From: Ruditapes philippinarum
Taxonomy: Eukaryota
Direction of reading: 5' to 3'
Assembly: GCF_026571515.1 (NCBI RefSeq)
Contig: NW_026863230.1
Location: 62,001 to 126,000 of the forward strand
Length of the DNA: 64,000 bases
Part shown: positions 40,064 to 51,409 of the stretch, in pieces
Numbering within the stretch: position 1 is the first letter of the stretch
Layout of the letters: every line of letters starts with the position of its first letter
The notes under the pieces: generated by a model
The model's database searches: none
What the model saw: only the letters and a program-made list of their open reading frames with translations
Told to the model about the DNA's origin: nothing
Program-made: the position numbers and the translations under genes

Positions 40064-42248
40064 CTATTTCTAACAGTCATAACCAATGTTATGGCAGAGA
40101 CAAGAATATGGCCAATGAAAGAAAATAAGCTAGCACACAATAAAAACTTATCATTGATAGGTAAGCTGATAAATTACTAGTCCAGGGGAGCCTATTTCTA
40201 CAAAAAGAAAATCAATATTTTATTTATAAATAATTATTTGGCTCAATAAATTAAATATGATAAACATGCTGTCAGATTATAAATTGACAAGATGCCAATT
40301 CTGTTATTTATGATATGAAATTCATGTTATTTGATGTGTACAGGTTGATGACTGAAAGTCTCTGTCTATAACCATTTAACTGCTTAAAAGTGTAATAATC
40401 TTGCAATAAATAAATTAAGGGTATAATGTTTATAAGTCAGTATTAATTTTCTCTGTCTGGTGCGACACAGTCACGTGACCATTTTAATGAATGTTCTTTT
40501 TACAAACATAAAGGTTGAAACCTGAGTGCGAGTATGAAAGGATAGTATTCAAATACATCAGTGCCCATTGAATAAACGTAATGTAGAAACAATTTTGAAA
40601 CAATTAACATACATGTACAATGAACAATTTGTTTTATACAGACGAGGTTTAGAGTTATGGCTGGGTAGATAAAACTATGAATATTGGGATCAAAGGAATG
40701 TTTGAGCTCATCAGGCGAGGGTATGTTAATAGCTTGCTAGAGATATTTTGTGGTAATTTTTAAAGACATTCTTTTTTGTAATTAAGTCAAAGTATGGTAA
40801 TTTATAGATTATCATTTCCTTTAATTGACTCATTTACTCATTTTTAATGTCAAATTAAGTTGAATTGTTATAATTATACTTCAAAGGATCGGAGTCCATA
40901 ATGATGACTGACCAATTATTGATATTGAAACATGTTACAATACAAATACAAAACAACAATAACTACAATTTAAAAAAACTGCCACTCTCTTTTTTAATAA
41001 TTCAACATTAGTAATACGTTCCGAGGGAAATGTATAAAAATTTTCGTTGTCCATTCAGATTATTGAATATTTATATAATATTCAGGTTTAAAATTGAACG
41101 CAAAAATGGCATATCGTCAAGTTATTTTGACTTTTTACTTGTTCACTTACCATAATTACCTTTATGAGCATTTTATCACTTTATTGCCTATGATTGTTAT
41201 TAAAATCATATTATGAGTTTAAAAAGTAATGTTTCAGTTTACACATATTTATTTTAACTTAATAATGAAATAAGTTTATGTAAATTATGTTGATAACGTT
41301 CAAGTCCTAACTTTCTGAAACAAGCCAGCCAACATCATTCAGTTTTGCCGGGTTACCATTTCCGTGGTGATGAACTCTTATTATACAATCCCATTAACAA
41401 TTAGTAGACTTATACTTTGGTTAGGGCAATTACTTTTATAAAATATAAAATGTCATAAAATGTTTCATGTGATATGAGATTTTATTAATTGTTTCAAAAA
41501 ATGCCAGAGTGCGACCATTGTGCATGCATGTTCTTTGGTAAAGTTTATATATATTTTATGTCAATTTGACAACAAATGAGATATTCTTTTTATCAGGGCA
41601 AGTAGGTCTTACACATGAAGTTTTCAACAAATTTAAAGATCCTGTATGTTGTATTTAAGGTTGTTACCACACTTAAGTGAAATTGTATATGTGTATAAAA
41701 TTATGCTTCTAAAACAAATTTCAAACATCGAAGAATATGTAAAATATGTACTGCAAATATGTGTCCACATTATATAATCATTGAAATATGTGTATTTATT
41801 ACTTATCGAAGAATTGACTTACACTTTATGGAAAATAAATTTCCAATAACCTCCCATTATTAATATGAAATACAAATTCGTAAATATCTTTACAAATATT
41901 GCTTTTTGGAACTTACAATATTGATAAATCTTCATAATAAGCATTATATTTATGATGTAAAACCATTAAAGAATTAGTTACAAGATTTTTAACAGTAAGG
42001 GTTCTATAGATGCCCAACCACAGTCGTTTTTCTGTGTCATTATGGTAGTTATGGATATTAACATATTGACTCTATACAGAGATACAAAATTCATTGCTAG
42101 CAATGCTGATTATTTTTCAAGGTCACAGGACATAATATAGCCCCTAAAATGCAGAGCATCATAGTGCATTTTGTATGATTATGTATAGATTATGTATGCA
42201 CAATATGTTTTCATTTTTTAATGTGAATGGTGTATGGTTGCATGATAA

Positions 42249-43082
42249 GCAAGAGCTGTCGGTAGGACAGCAATGCTCGACTATTCTTAGTGCTTGATAG
42301 TAAAAAAAGCCTTGATTAAAAGGTCAAATTTTCTAAGTAAAGAAAAAGGCAAAATTTTTCTTTAAATCCATATTACAGTTATAGGCCTTGGAGAGAGTCT
42401 TATTATGCTCTCAAAGAAAAGTATAAAATTTCAACATGTTTCAAAGCCTTATGTCAATGAATTTTGAGGTATTACAAAAACTTTAACGTAAATTCTAAGT
42501 CGAAAAAGGGGCATAATTTTGTCAAAATGCTTGATAGAGTTACCTCCTCCTGTCCACATGTTGGAGTCATGATGGTGAATAAGTGTGCAATGTTTCAAAG
42601 CCATATGTCAATGGACTTTGAAAATATTTGAGGTATTACAAAAACTTTAATGTAAATTCTAAGTTGTTAAAAGGGGCATAATTCTGTCAAAATGCTTTAT
42701 TGATTTACCTCCTCCTGTCTACAGGTTGAGGTCATGAAGGTGAACAAGTGTGCAAAATTTCAAAGCCATATGTCAATGGACTTTGAAAATATTTGAGGTA
42801 TTACAAAAACTTTAACGTAAATTCTAAGTCGGAAAAGGGGCATAATTCTGTCAAAATGCTTGATAGAGTTACCTCCTCCTGTCTACAGGTTGGGGTAATG
42901 ATGATGAACAAGTGTGCAAAGTTTCAAAGCCATGTGTCAATGGACTTTGAAAATATTAAAACTATTACAAAAACTTTAACATAAGTGGTTACGCCGACGC
43001 AGACGCCGACGCCGACACCGACGCCGACGCTCGGGTGACTACAATAGCTTTACTTATTCTTATCGAATAGTCGAGCTAAAAA
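42249..43082 (-). mobile_element. Complete non-autonomous Helentron-type element (HINE) with about 165-bp internal tandem repeats
   Basis: Subterminal IR gctcgactattc / gaatagtcgagc, (GACGCC)n microsatellite at about 42992-43030, three units starting about 42465, 42629 and 42794, a terminal hairpin gagctgtc-ggtag-gacagc, and an A-run at the end. Confidence 0.85.
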
Positions 43083-43090
43083 GTAAATAT

Positions 43091-46000
43091 ATAGAGGATA
43101 TTCAAGTTTTTTCTTTAAATACGTAATTTATTTTCATTGAGTGGTATGAAAATAAATAGTTCACGAGTGGCGGTAGCGACGAGTGTAATATGAAACTTTT
43201 CATACCACGAGATGAAAATGAATTACGTATCTAAAGAAAAAACTTTAAATTTCTGTTTATTATATACTTTTTCTCATTTTCAACCTTACGATTGACAAGA
43301 CTTCCCCTTTAATTTTGTGTATTGCCTGAACCGCACAACGACTTTAGCTCTTTTTTTATTTATAACGCTCTAAAAAAATTCTTCCGCTAGATTGGGATAA
43401 TTCACCTTTGAGAACGATTTATTAATTTTAGGTAACTTTTAGATTAACAGCAGATTTTTATTCTATTAATATTAATTTGAAAATTTAAAAATGGTTGTTT
43501 TCAAAAGCTTTAAATTCATCCGCTTCTGGATCATTGTTGACGCCATTTTGCGAAAGAAGGCATGTTGATTAGCAGACACGCATTAATTTGGACAAATTTA
43601 TGTCATTACGGAGGGAGGAATAGGGGAAACACATCTGAAATGTGAGAAAACGTTTATTACAGCATATGAACATCAAATTATAGACTGTCAATATGTGTAT
43701 TAAAATTATAACTTATTTATGTGTTTCAACTGTGCCAAGGGCGACAATCAGTGACATCAGATGATCAACAGATCAAAACATGTGTAACAGTAAAATGTTT
43801 CAAAACAGGAATTAACTTTAATCAACATAATTGGATCACTGATGCTAATCTTCCAAAGACAGTTTATTCTGAGTCAGAGTCTATTGGAAGTATCCTTCGG
43901 CGTTTCCTTACTGGTGGAGAGTTCATGATGGCCTAAACATTTGAATTTGATGTGTTAGACATGTTACTTGTGTGGAAATGGACATTGATATTTCCACTGA
44001 TCTGGTTTCCACTGAAAAAAAACACCTAAAAAGTCATACGGATTCCTGGGAGCCGGTTGTTGAACGTGGTCACTGATATGAGTCTCTGTGTGCTGACGAC
44101 TGGCGTAAACGTGGTGTGGAGCTGAGATATCTCTTGATTTAGTGCAGGTGTTTGGAGGTAATTTACTCAATGTCCTTTAAATATCTTTCTGTTGACTTTC
44201 ATTCAACGTGCTGTAATTGTTGACAATGTTTACATTTTTGTGGCCACTAATCTGAATGATGTGGTTGGGTGCAACGCCAGCATAATTTAATGTCTGTACC
44301 ATTCCTTTCCTTACACTGTAAATAAATGGTATTTTTTAATTTTTTTATACATTAAACTTTAAAGCAAAGTCAATCAAATTTTTAAGTCAATCACAATATT
44401 TTTAAATCTAATTATTAAACAAAAGAAGCTAGCAGCATTTAATGTAATTGAAAATTCATTAATTAAAAAAATAAAGAAATATTATAGATATTTGACGACA
44501 TATAGAACACTTTATTTTATGTAATCATTTTTTCATGTATAACATTTTTTTAAATTGCCGACAGAATTACTTATGAGGAATTTTGTTGTCGACTTGTTTT
44601 CAAATGAAATTCTAATAGTAAATCTACCGTAATAATGTTCGCACAAACTTTCAAATTAATAAAACAGTGAGGACGGTTAAATTGGTTTTTTTTTATTTTA
44701 TTGAAATATATTTTAAAGAAGATTTCTCTGATTTATGTTAAAGAAAGTTGTAAAAGTAATTTTTGCATGATTTTTCAAATATATAAAACAAGATTTATGG
44801 TTAAATAGTAATTTACATGCCACAGTTTGTTTTAATTAAGATTTGAAATAAAAATGTGTTTAATTTAATTCAAAAAATAATTTTATATAATTTTTCTAAT
44901 TTGTATACTGTTTATAGGTTTAACATTGTGAAAATATGAATTATTAAAACTTTTTTTCCTATTAATATGTTTAAATTCAATTTTTATTTATTACTTGCCT
45001 GTATGGTGTTAAATTTGGCTTATCTATGTTTGTTGCATGCTTCATATCCTTCATTATGCTGTATATTTTGTTAATCCCCATGGTACATTTCTTATACCAA
45101 GGTTTTTCATTTTCAGGTACGTTAGAAGCTACAGTTAGGAAGAATGGAGAGTTTGGCTCCAACATTGCTTCTTGACGGCTATTAGCAAATTGCTTATATA
45201 AAGCCACTGGACAACGTGCCGGATTTTCAATAACTTCATAAGCTCTTGGCTTTATTTTTCTTTGGTCACGAGGATAAGCCCCAGTCCTAGTTTTGGTTTG
45301 GCGCTCCTGACAATACACCAGATATTCGGAGCCATCATCATCAGACATCAACTTTACATCTCCCCAACAAAGAGAATGAACCTCTGTGCCAGTCCGCATA
45401 CCAATAAAATTGGTGCAAATAAACCACATAGAGTTTTGAAGTGCTCTAGGATTGTTTCCACCAAGCTGGTCAGCTGCATAGAATTTCTCTGCAACATTTT
45501 ACGTCGGATGTTATGGCAGCAGCAGCATTTGGGTTGTTGCCTTTGCCTTGTGATTTTAAGTGTTTTGTTTTTGCTTTCAACACCTGCTTACATTTCTGGA
45601 AAACCTGATCTTTGGATAGTGAAAAGCCATATTGGTTCACATTTAGAAACCTTTGAATGCTTTGGAACTTTGATATTAGAGAGTTTGGCTCATATTCCTG
45701 GCCATCTTTTTTCCTTACTGCATATATAAAACTACTCACATAGGCAGATAACTCTTCAGGAGGGATTTGAAGTATTGGCCTACTTTCAGCCACAGAGACC
45801 AAAATTTCTTGGAATAATTTAATGTCTTGGTCAGTTTTAAATTTAGTATTCTTATTAATGCCATCTTCAAGAAATTTGAAGTAACAAATCGTGGATTACC
45901 AATATTTATTATGTTGCTGACATCTTCATCTTGTTCAGAAGGAAGAACTACCGGTTCATTCTCATTGACATTATTTGGAACTGATTCATCATCCTGTTGC

Positions 46001-46476
46001 AAGATCATAGCTGCCTCAATCAAATGAAAATCAATGTTGGCCAAGAACTCATCTTCTTCATTGTCTATTTCAATGTCTAACTCAATGTTGCTTTCTTGTG
46101 ACATTTTGCAGAAGACAAAACTGATTTTCAAGCTTTTGACATAGTTACTATTAGTCTAATAAGCATCTATTGATACAGATTTTATGTAAGGAATAGAACT
46201 GAATAGAACAGAAATTTGTTAAAGGGACACTCTTTTTTGTACTGAATTGTTTTTGATTATAAAATTATTATAAATTATTTTTTTTCCCTTTTTAAAAAAA
46301 TTATTAAACTGCTGTGAATTTAGAAGAAAGTAGTCCGGCAAAACACCAGTGAAAATACGGAAAATATGTTTCACTGCAGTGAAAAATAAATTTTTACAGT
46401 GAAAATACGGAAAATGAAAATACGCGTTTTATTTCATCAATATTTCTCAATCTTTCATTTATAAGTATATAATAAA
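43091..46476 (-). mobile_element. Crypton tyrosine-recombinase DNA transposon, copy B (different family), full length but degenerate
   Basis: Terminal hairpin about 43091-43255; 14-bp IR tttattatatactt (43256-43269) / aagtatataataaa (46463-46476); recombinase gene inside. Confidence 0.85.
43864..46104 (-). pseudogene. Crypton tyrosine recombinase B, 2 exons, frameshifts and stops
   Basis: Exon 46104-44999: MSQESN...RKKDGQEYEPNSL...GKGNNPNAA.../FIGMRTG...WGDV...ERQTKTRTG...RCPVALYK...LTPY. GC-AG intron. Exon 44315-43864: SVRKGMVQTL...QISGHKNV...NNYS..., ending RKRRRILPIDSDSE*. Confidence 0.85.
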
Positions 46477-49400
46477 TGAACTAATTGTATGGGTATGTAA
46501 ATTTGCTTTCAGACAACTTTGTAATATTAGTTTCAGATGTATCAAATAATTATCCCAAAAAGCCATTGATATAGACTTTTGTTATCATCTTACATTTTGC
46601 TATGATTTATTTCAGATAATGCAGATAAGATCACTGGTGACTGGGAGTTGCAAGGTTGGAAGCTGAGCTAGTTAAGGAAAGACAAAAAAGTGGTTGCTGG
46701 TAGGTCAAGGGATATAACTCCTGCTGCTTTTCAGAACAAAAGGACAAATATTCTTGGCAGAAAAATCGTAAGGAATTCTTGAAAAAAAAATCGAATATGT
46801 CAGTGTGACCATTAATTGCATTTGAACTCCACAAGTTATCTGAGTCATTATTATAGGTCACTGACCAAGGCCCATAATTGTCCAAAATTGTTACAGAATC
46901 AAACCTCTTATGAATGACTTTTGCATGTTATTTTTATTTCTTGTAGTTGCAAATTCTAATAATTGCAGGTTATGACAAAATTATCTTAAAACAAATGTAA
47001 ATACAAAGGTCGTCTTTATGATAATTTTTGTATATTTACACGGTATACAGGCAATGGAAACTTCTCATCAAAAGGACCAAATTTACAGTCAGTTCTTACG
47101 TCAATCATATTTACATGCAGTTTGTCACACGCCTCATCTACGCCGAGTACGCATTCCATTCCCGCCAAACTACTCAGCTTTGTTGACAGGAACGCCCCAA
47201 AAAGGTAAGGTTAGCCTAATTTTATTATTTATTATAAATGGCAGTCATTGGAACTTTTTTTCCTTTTGCGATTTGGTTTTCTTTCAAACATAAATTGAGT
47301 CCTTGATTTTTGTAGAAAAACAAAACAAGAACAATATTTTGCTATAAAAAAGGCAAGGCTATTTGCCTGCTGCTTTGCATATCGGTTTTATTTTAGAAGG
47401 AAATAATCATTGATTTTAACACAATTTTCCTTATGATACAAAATTGATCAGGAATCCTATTTACTGTAAGAGAGTTAAGCTTTAGACCATTTTTACAAAT
47501 CTTTCTTCTGAAAGCCATTGTAATTTGTTAAACCACAGGTATGTTAGACTAATTTTACTTTTTGAGTTTTTCAGACTCCACTTGAGGAGAATCATATATT
47601 GAAAATGTTGCCAGACAAGCCGACAACCATGGATATGATGATTGTTACAAAAATCTTTAGCCAACGGGGAACCAGAAGTCTGTGGATGTTTCTATATTCA
47701 AATTTCACCATTTTAATGTTTAAATGGTGAATTCTGCTTAAGCCGGTGCTAGGGGGCGTAGACGGTAACTTACACTTTCCATTGCCGTCCATGAACAGGC
47801 TCAATCAAACCGAGCCTGCAACATTTTACAGTTATGCCGTGTTGGGCTTTCTTCAAAGATTCTGTTTTTCACTATTTCTATTTTATTTTATTTGGAGACT
47901 TTGAAGTTCAGTACATTTTGAACCAGAGGCGAGAAAAGTGGTAGACGAGTAAGTTTTACTGTGTTATTAGCTACATTGTACATGGAAGGGCAAGGCAATT
48001 CTTCACTACCTGATACTACTTTATTGATGCAAACTTTATATTTCATTATTGCCTGAAGGTATTCACTTTAAACTTTAAGAAGTGTGTTTGTAATGATACC
48101 TGATATATAGTTGCTAATTAATGACAAAGACCCATAATTCCAGCAATAAATATATTTCGACTGCCTGAAACGCATTTCTGAATTTGAAAGATCATGATTT
48201 TGCCTACAAGATCTTCCTTGTTTTAGTGTTTTGGCTTTTGCTGTTTGTTACTAAATTTTTGTTTTTGATATTGAAATCCCTAACCTTTGAATGGATTGTG
48301 CCAAATTCAAAGATGGGCAAATCAATTATTCAATTTCAGCAAGTTTAAAGGTTGATAAGTACAAATGGTCTAAATTGTCTAATTGTAATGAATGAAAGTT
48401 GCTTTTGTTAGGTATGTAAGTATATGAGGAAAAGTCTTCTGAAACAAATAACGTAAATTGACAGTAATGAAAATATATGTCATGTGAAAGTCCTGACAAT
48501 ACTCTGTGAAATCATGTAGCAATTTTGGTCAATTAACGATAATAAAATATCATTTTTATAGAATATATTATCCACCAAGAACAGTAGCGGTTTAACTGCT
48601 ATCAAATTTTATAAGGTGTAAACTCGTTACTGCATTAAGGTGATAATATCTGAAAATTGATTATCTTTGCTTTAATCTAGGCTAAGCTTTTTTTCATTAG
48701 ATTAAGAAAATCTTTGATATCTAACTGTTTTTTTTTCAAATTAAGGCATAACTCATTCTGGTTTTTTGGACAGTCCGATATAGATTTTATGGTTATATAA
48801 AAATGAAAATTTAGTGTGGATCGGGCAGCAGTAAGCCATTTCCAAATTGGTTAATACTTTAAGTAAAGGCTTGTTTGTTAAGCTTTTAGCATTGAAAGAG
48901 ATAAAAATAAAAATCTAAATTACCATTCTGAAAATTTGAAATATTATTGGCTCGTTATGTTGAATGTATTAAATATTTAAATATTTGTTGTTTTTTTCAT
49001 TTGAGGCAATAAACAAAAAACACACACTTTTCATCCCAGCATATAACCTGACTTGATTATACTAATATAATGTTATTTTAAGATTGTAATGTAAGCATTG
49101 ATGCAATTTCTATAGCTTTCTTTATATAAGAAGTTTATCATTAGAAAAGGGAATAATTATATATTAACAAATTAAAGATGCTGTATTTTGCTTATACAGA
49201 AATAAAGGGGAGTTTACTTTGTTTGCTTTAGACACTGACATTTTTGTGTTTTAAAGAAACATGAGAATTGATGTTTTTGTCATAAAATTAATCCTTCTCC
49301 CGTAAGATTTTTGCATTACAAAATCCTTATGTGGATTGAATATTTCATTGGATGTTTATTGGTTATTGAATGAGTAACTGTTGCAATGTATATGTGGATT

Positions 49401-51409
49401 CTGTATGAACATAAACTTCTCTGATTGAGATCAGAAAGACAAGAACAATCAATTTATCTATTTACTTGTACATTTGTCATCATTGTATATCTCCTACCCT
49501 TCGTCTGCCCGCGGCAACAAATTTTTTTACAAATATGTCCAGCCAGACAAGATCAGCTGGTACATCCCTGCCATCTGATCGTGGTCTGCACTCTTCGCTA
49601 TTTAGTTAGCACGTTTACCAAAATGGTCTCTAATAATTATGGTTTATTAAACATTGAAGAATGGCCAAGTCAGTTTAAGATACTAGTTGTGATACATGGG
49701 TTATGAAGGAATAATTATTTGAACTGACATTAAGTTATTTAAAATTCTATTTCTGTTACTGTAAGTGAATATTTTACGTGTGTGTTAATATTTCATGTAA
49801 GAAATTGTATAACTCTTTGAATAAGTTTGAATTTAATCTTTGAAAATTAAAATTTCAATTAGGTAATTGTTTTATAAGAGTAAATGAGGCTGTATAAAGT
49901 TTAATTGTTTTTGTTTTGTTTTTTTTTAAAAAGGTTTCTTTACTACATTTTTAATTCATTTCTAATAACCGTTGTATCTATATCAATTTCTTGTTATTGA
50001 TAAGATAATACAAAATGACCACATGATTGTCTTTTTTACATTTTCTCTTTATTTATATCTTTCATATGGTTTTATATCAGCATTTCTGCGGACATACAGA
50101 ATGACAGACAAACAGTCGAACAGATAAAAAAATGTAAAGCTGTACCAAATCTCCATAATGCCCTCTTCACACTATGTTTCTCCAACCTAACTTTTATTAA
50201 TTTTGAGTTATGGAAGAATCCAGTTTTCTTCTGAGGCAAAAAACAAAAAACACACACTTTCTTTCTGAGAGATGACTGATCCATATTTCTTGAAAAGGTC
50301 AGAATAAAGGATTGACGAGCGGATGGACCTGTGATCCCCACATGTGAACCCGGTGGAAATAATAAACGTGTAAAAATGGACAGAATAGTTTCCCCTGGTT
50401 ACAAAGAGCAACAGAAACATTTTTCATTCCGTATTTTTTAAGAATATAATCTTTGGTATCATTTAATTCTTGTTTAATCTTAATATATAAGCTATTCGAG
50501 TACAGTATTAAGTATAATGTATCCCGTACATTTGATACAGCGATCTTTTATATTCTCTATAAGATATCAGGAGTGTTTTGTTTTCAGTTTTGTAATTATT
50601 GTTCTTATAGATTTATAGTGTTAATATCCATGCTATGGCAAAATAAAAAGCTTTGTCATTAATGAGATAATAAAATATTAAAGTTGTTTTCTCCGATTAC
50701 AAAATGCCGTGTCTATAATGTTGAACAAAACATCATTGGAACATGTATTATACAGTTCTACATGTTTCTGATTCTGAAAAACGGAGAGACATATCCAGCA
50801 GTCAAAAATATTTTAAATAAAGTACGACTAATCATGCATGGAAAATATAAGTTAGTGATAATAACTATTTGTAAAGAAATTAAAAAGGGTTTTAAATACT
50901 TTTACTATCATAATTTTAAATAACCGATCAGTGTAATGTTTAAGACCTTTGCGCTGAACAATAACAAAATGAAAATAAAGAACGGTATTCTGCTTTTAGT
51001 TTGTTTGTTATATTGTCAAGCATGACTATTTAAGTTGTTACGCTAATATGTTCATGTCTAGTCACTTGCTCATTTCAGTACTTTCCGGCCAGTATGCTTT
51101 CTGCTAAAATCTATTGTACAAGCAATGTTCAATGGGCGCAATATCCTGCATAATAAGGGTACACGGAGCAAGGCTAAGATTAAACGTTAAAACTTTCTTA
51201 TTAAAAGATATATTCTAAATAATTTAATGATATTTTTTTGCTAACAATACTGTCATCAGCTACATAACAATAAACCTTATAACAACTGATAACGAAAACA
51301 CCAATACACTTAAAAACAGGACCATATGCCACAGAAAAAAAGACATCAATATTTAGTTTTTAAATCAAGAGTCAATTTTTCATACTTTTGCGTTTACGAA
51401 AGATACCAA

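Larger units (their letters stand above)
36534..40067 (+). mobile_element. Crypton (CryptonA-like) tyrosine-recombinase DNA transposon, copy A, apparently full length
   Basis: Subterminal IR ttatcatgccattactatga (36534-36553) / tcataatagtggcatgataa (39892-39911), terminal hairpin 39914-40063, and a spliced tyrosine-recombinase gene inside. Confidence 0.9.
35757..47948 (+). pseudogene. Lipoxygenase pseudogene (C-terminal catalytic-domain exons; invertebrate AOS-LOX/arachidonate LOX type)
   Basis: Collinear exon remnants: about 35757-35792 IQLNQLKAEDNS; about 36070-36186 LLMECVTVVTHRNISQSHPLFKLLASHFLCIIGIN; 40642-40720 RGLEL/GWVDKTMNIGIKGMFELIRRG; about 41340-41410 VLPGYHFRGDELLLYNPINN; 46616-46700 NADKITGDWELQGW/AELVKERQ; about 47045-47209 LQSVLTSIIFTCSLSHAS/YAEYAF/PPNYSALLTGTPQKGK; 47575-47948 TPLEENHILKMLPDKPTTMDMMIVTKIFSQRGTRSL[insertion]GDFEVQYI/EPEARKVVD. 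Confidence 0.9.

Noticed and set aside
40695-40720. Minimal hammerhead ribozyme (ctgatgagctcaaac on the minus strand)
   Set aside because: It lacks the GAAA core and flanking stems, and the sequence is explained as lipoxygenase codons FELIRR.
42793-42984. Similar small ORFs here and at 13774-13986 suggesting a gene family
   Set aside because: They are translations of the 165-bp HINE tandem unit.
46894-47863. DNA transposon bounded by cagaatc/gattctg
   Set aside because: The interval contains lipoxygenase exons; only 47679-47865 is repeat Y, so the short IR is chance.
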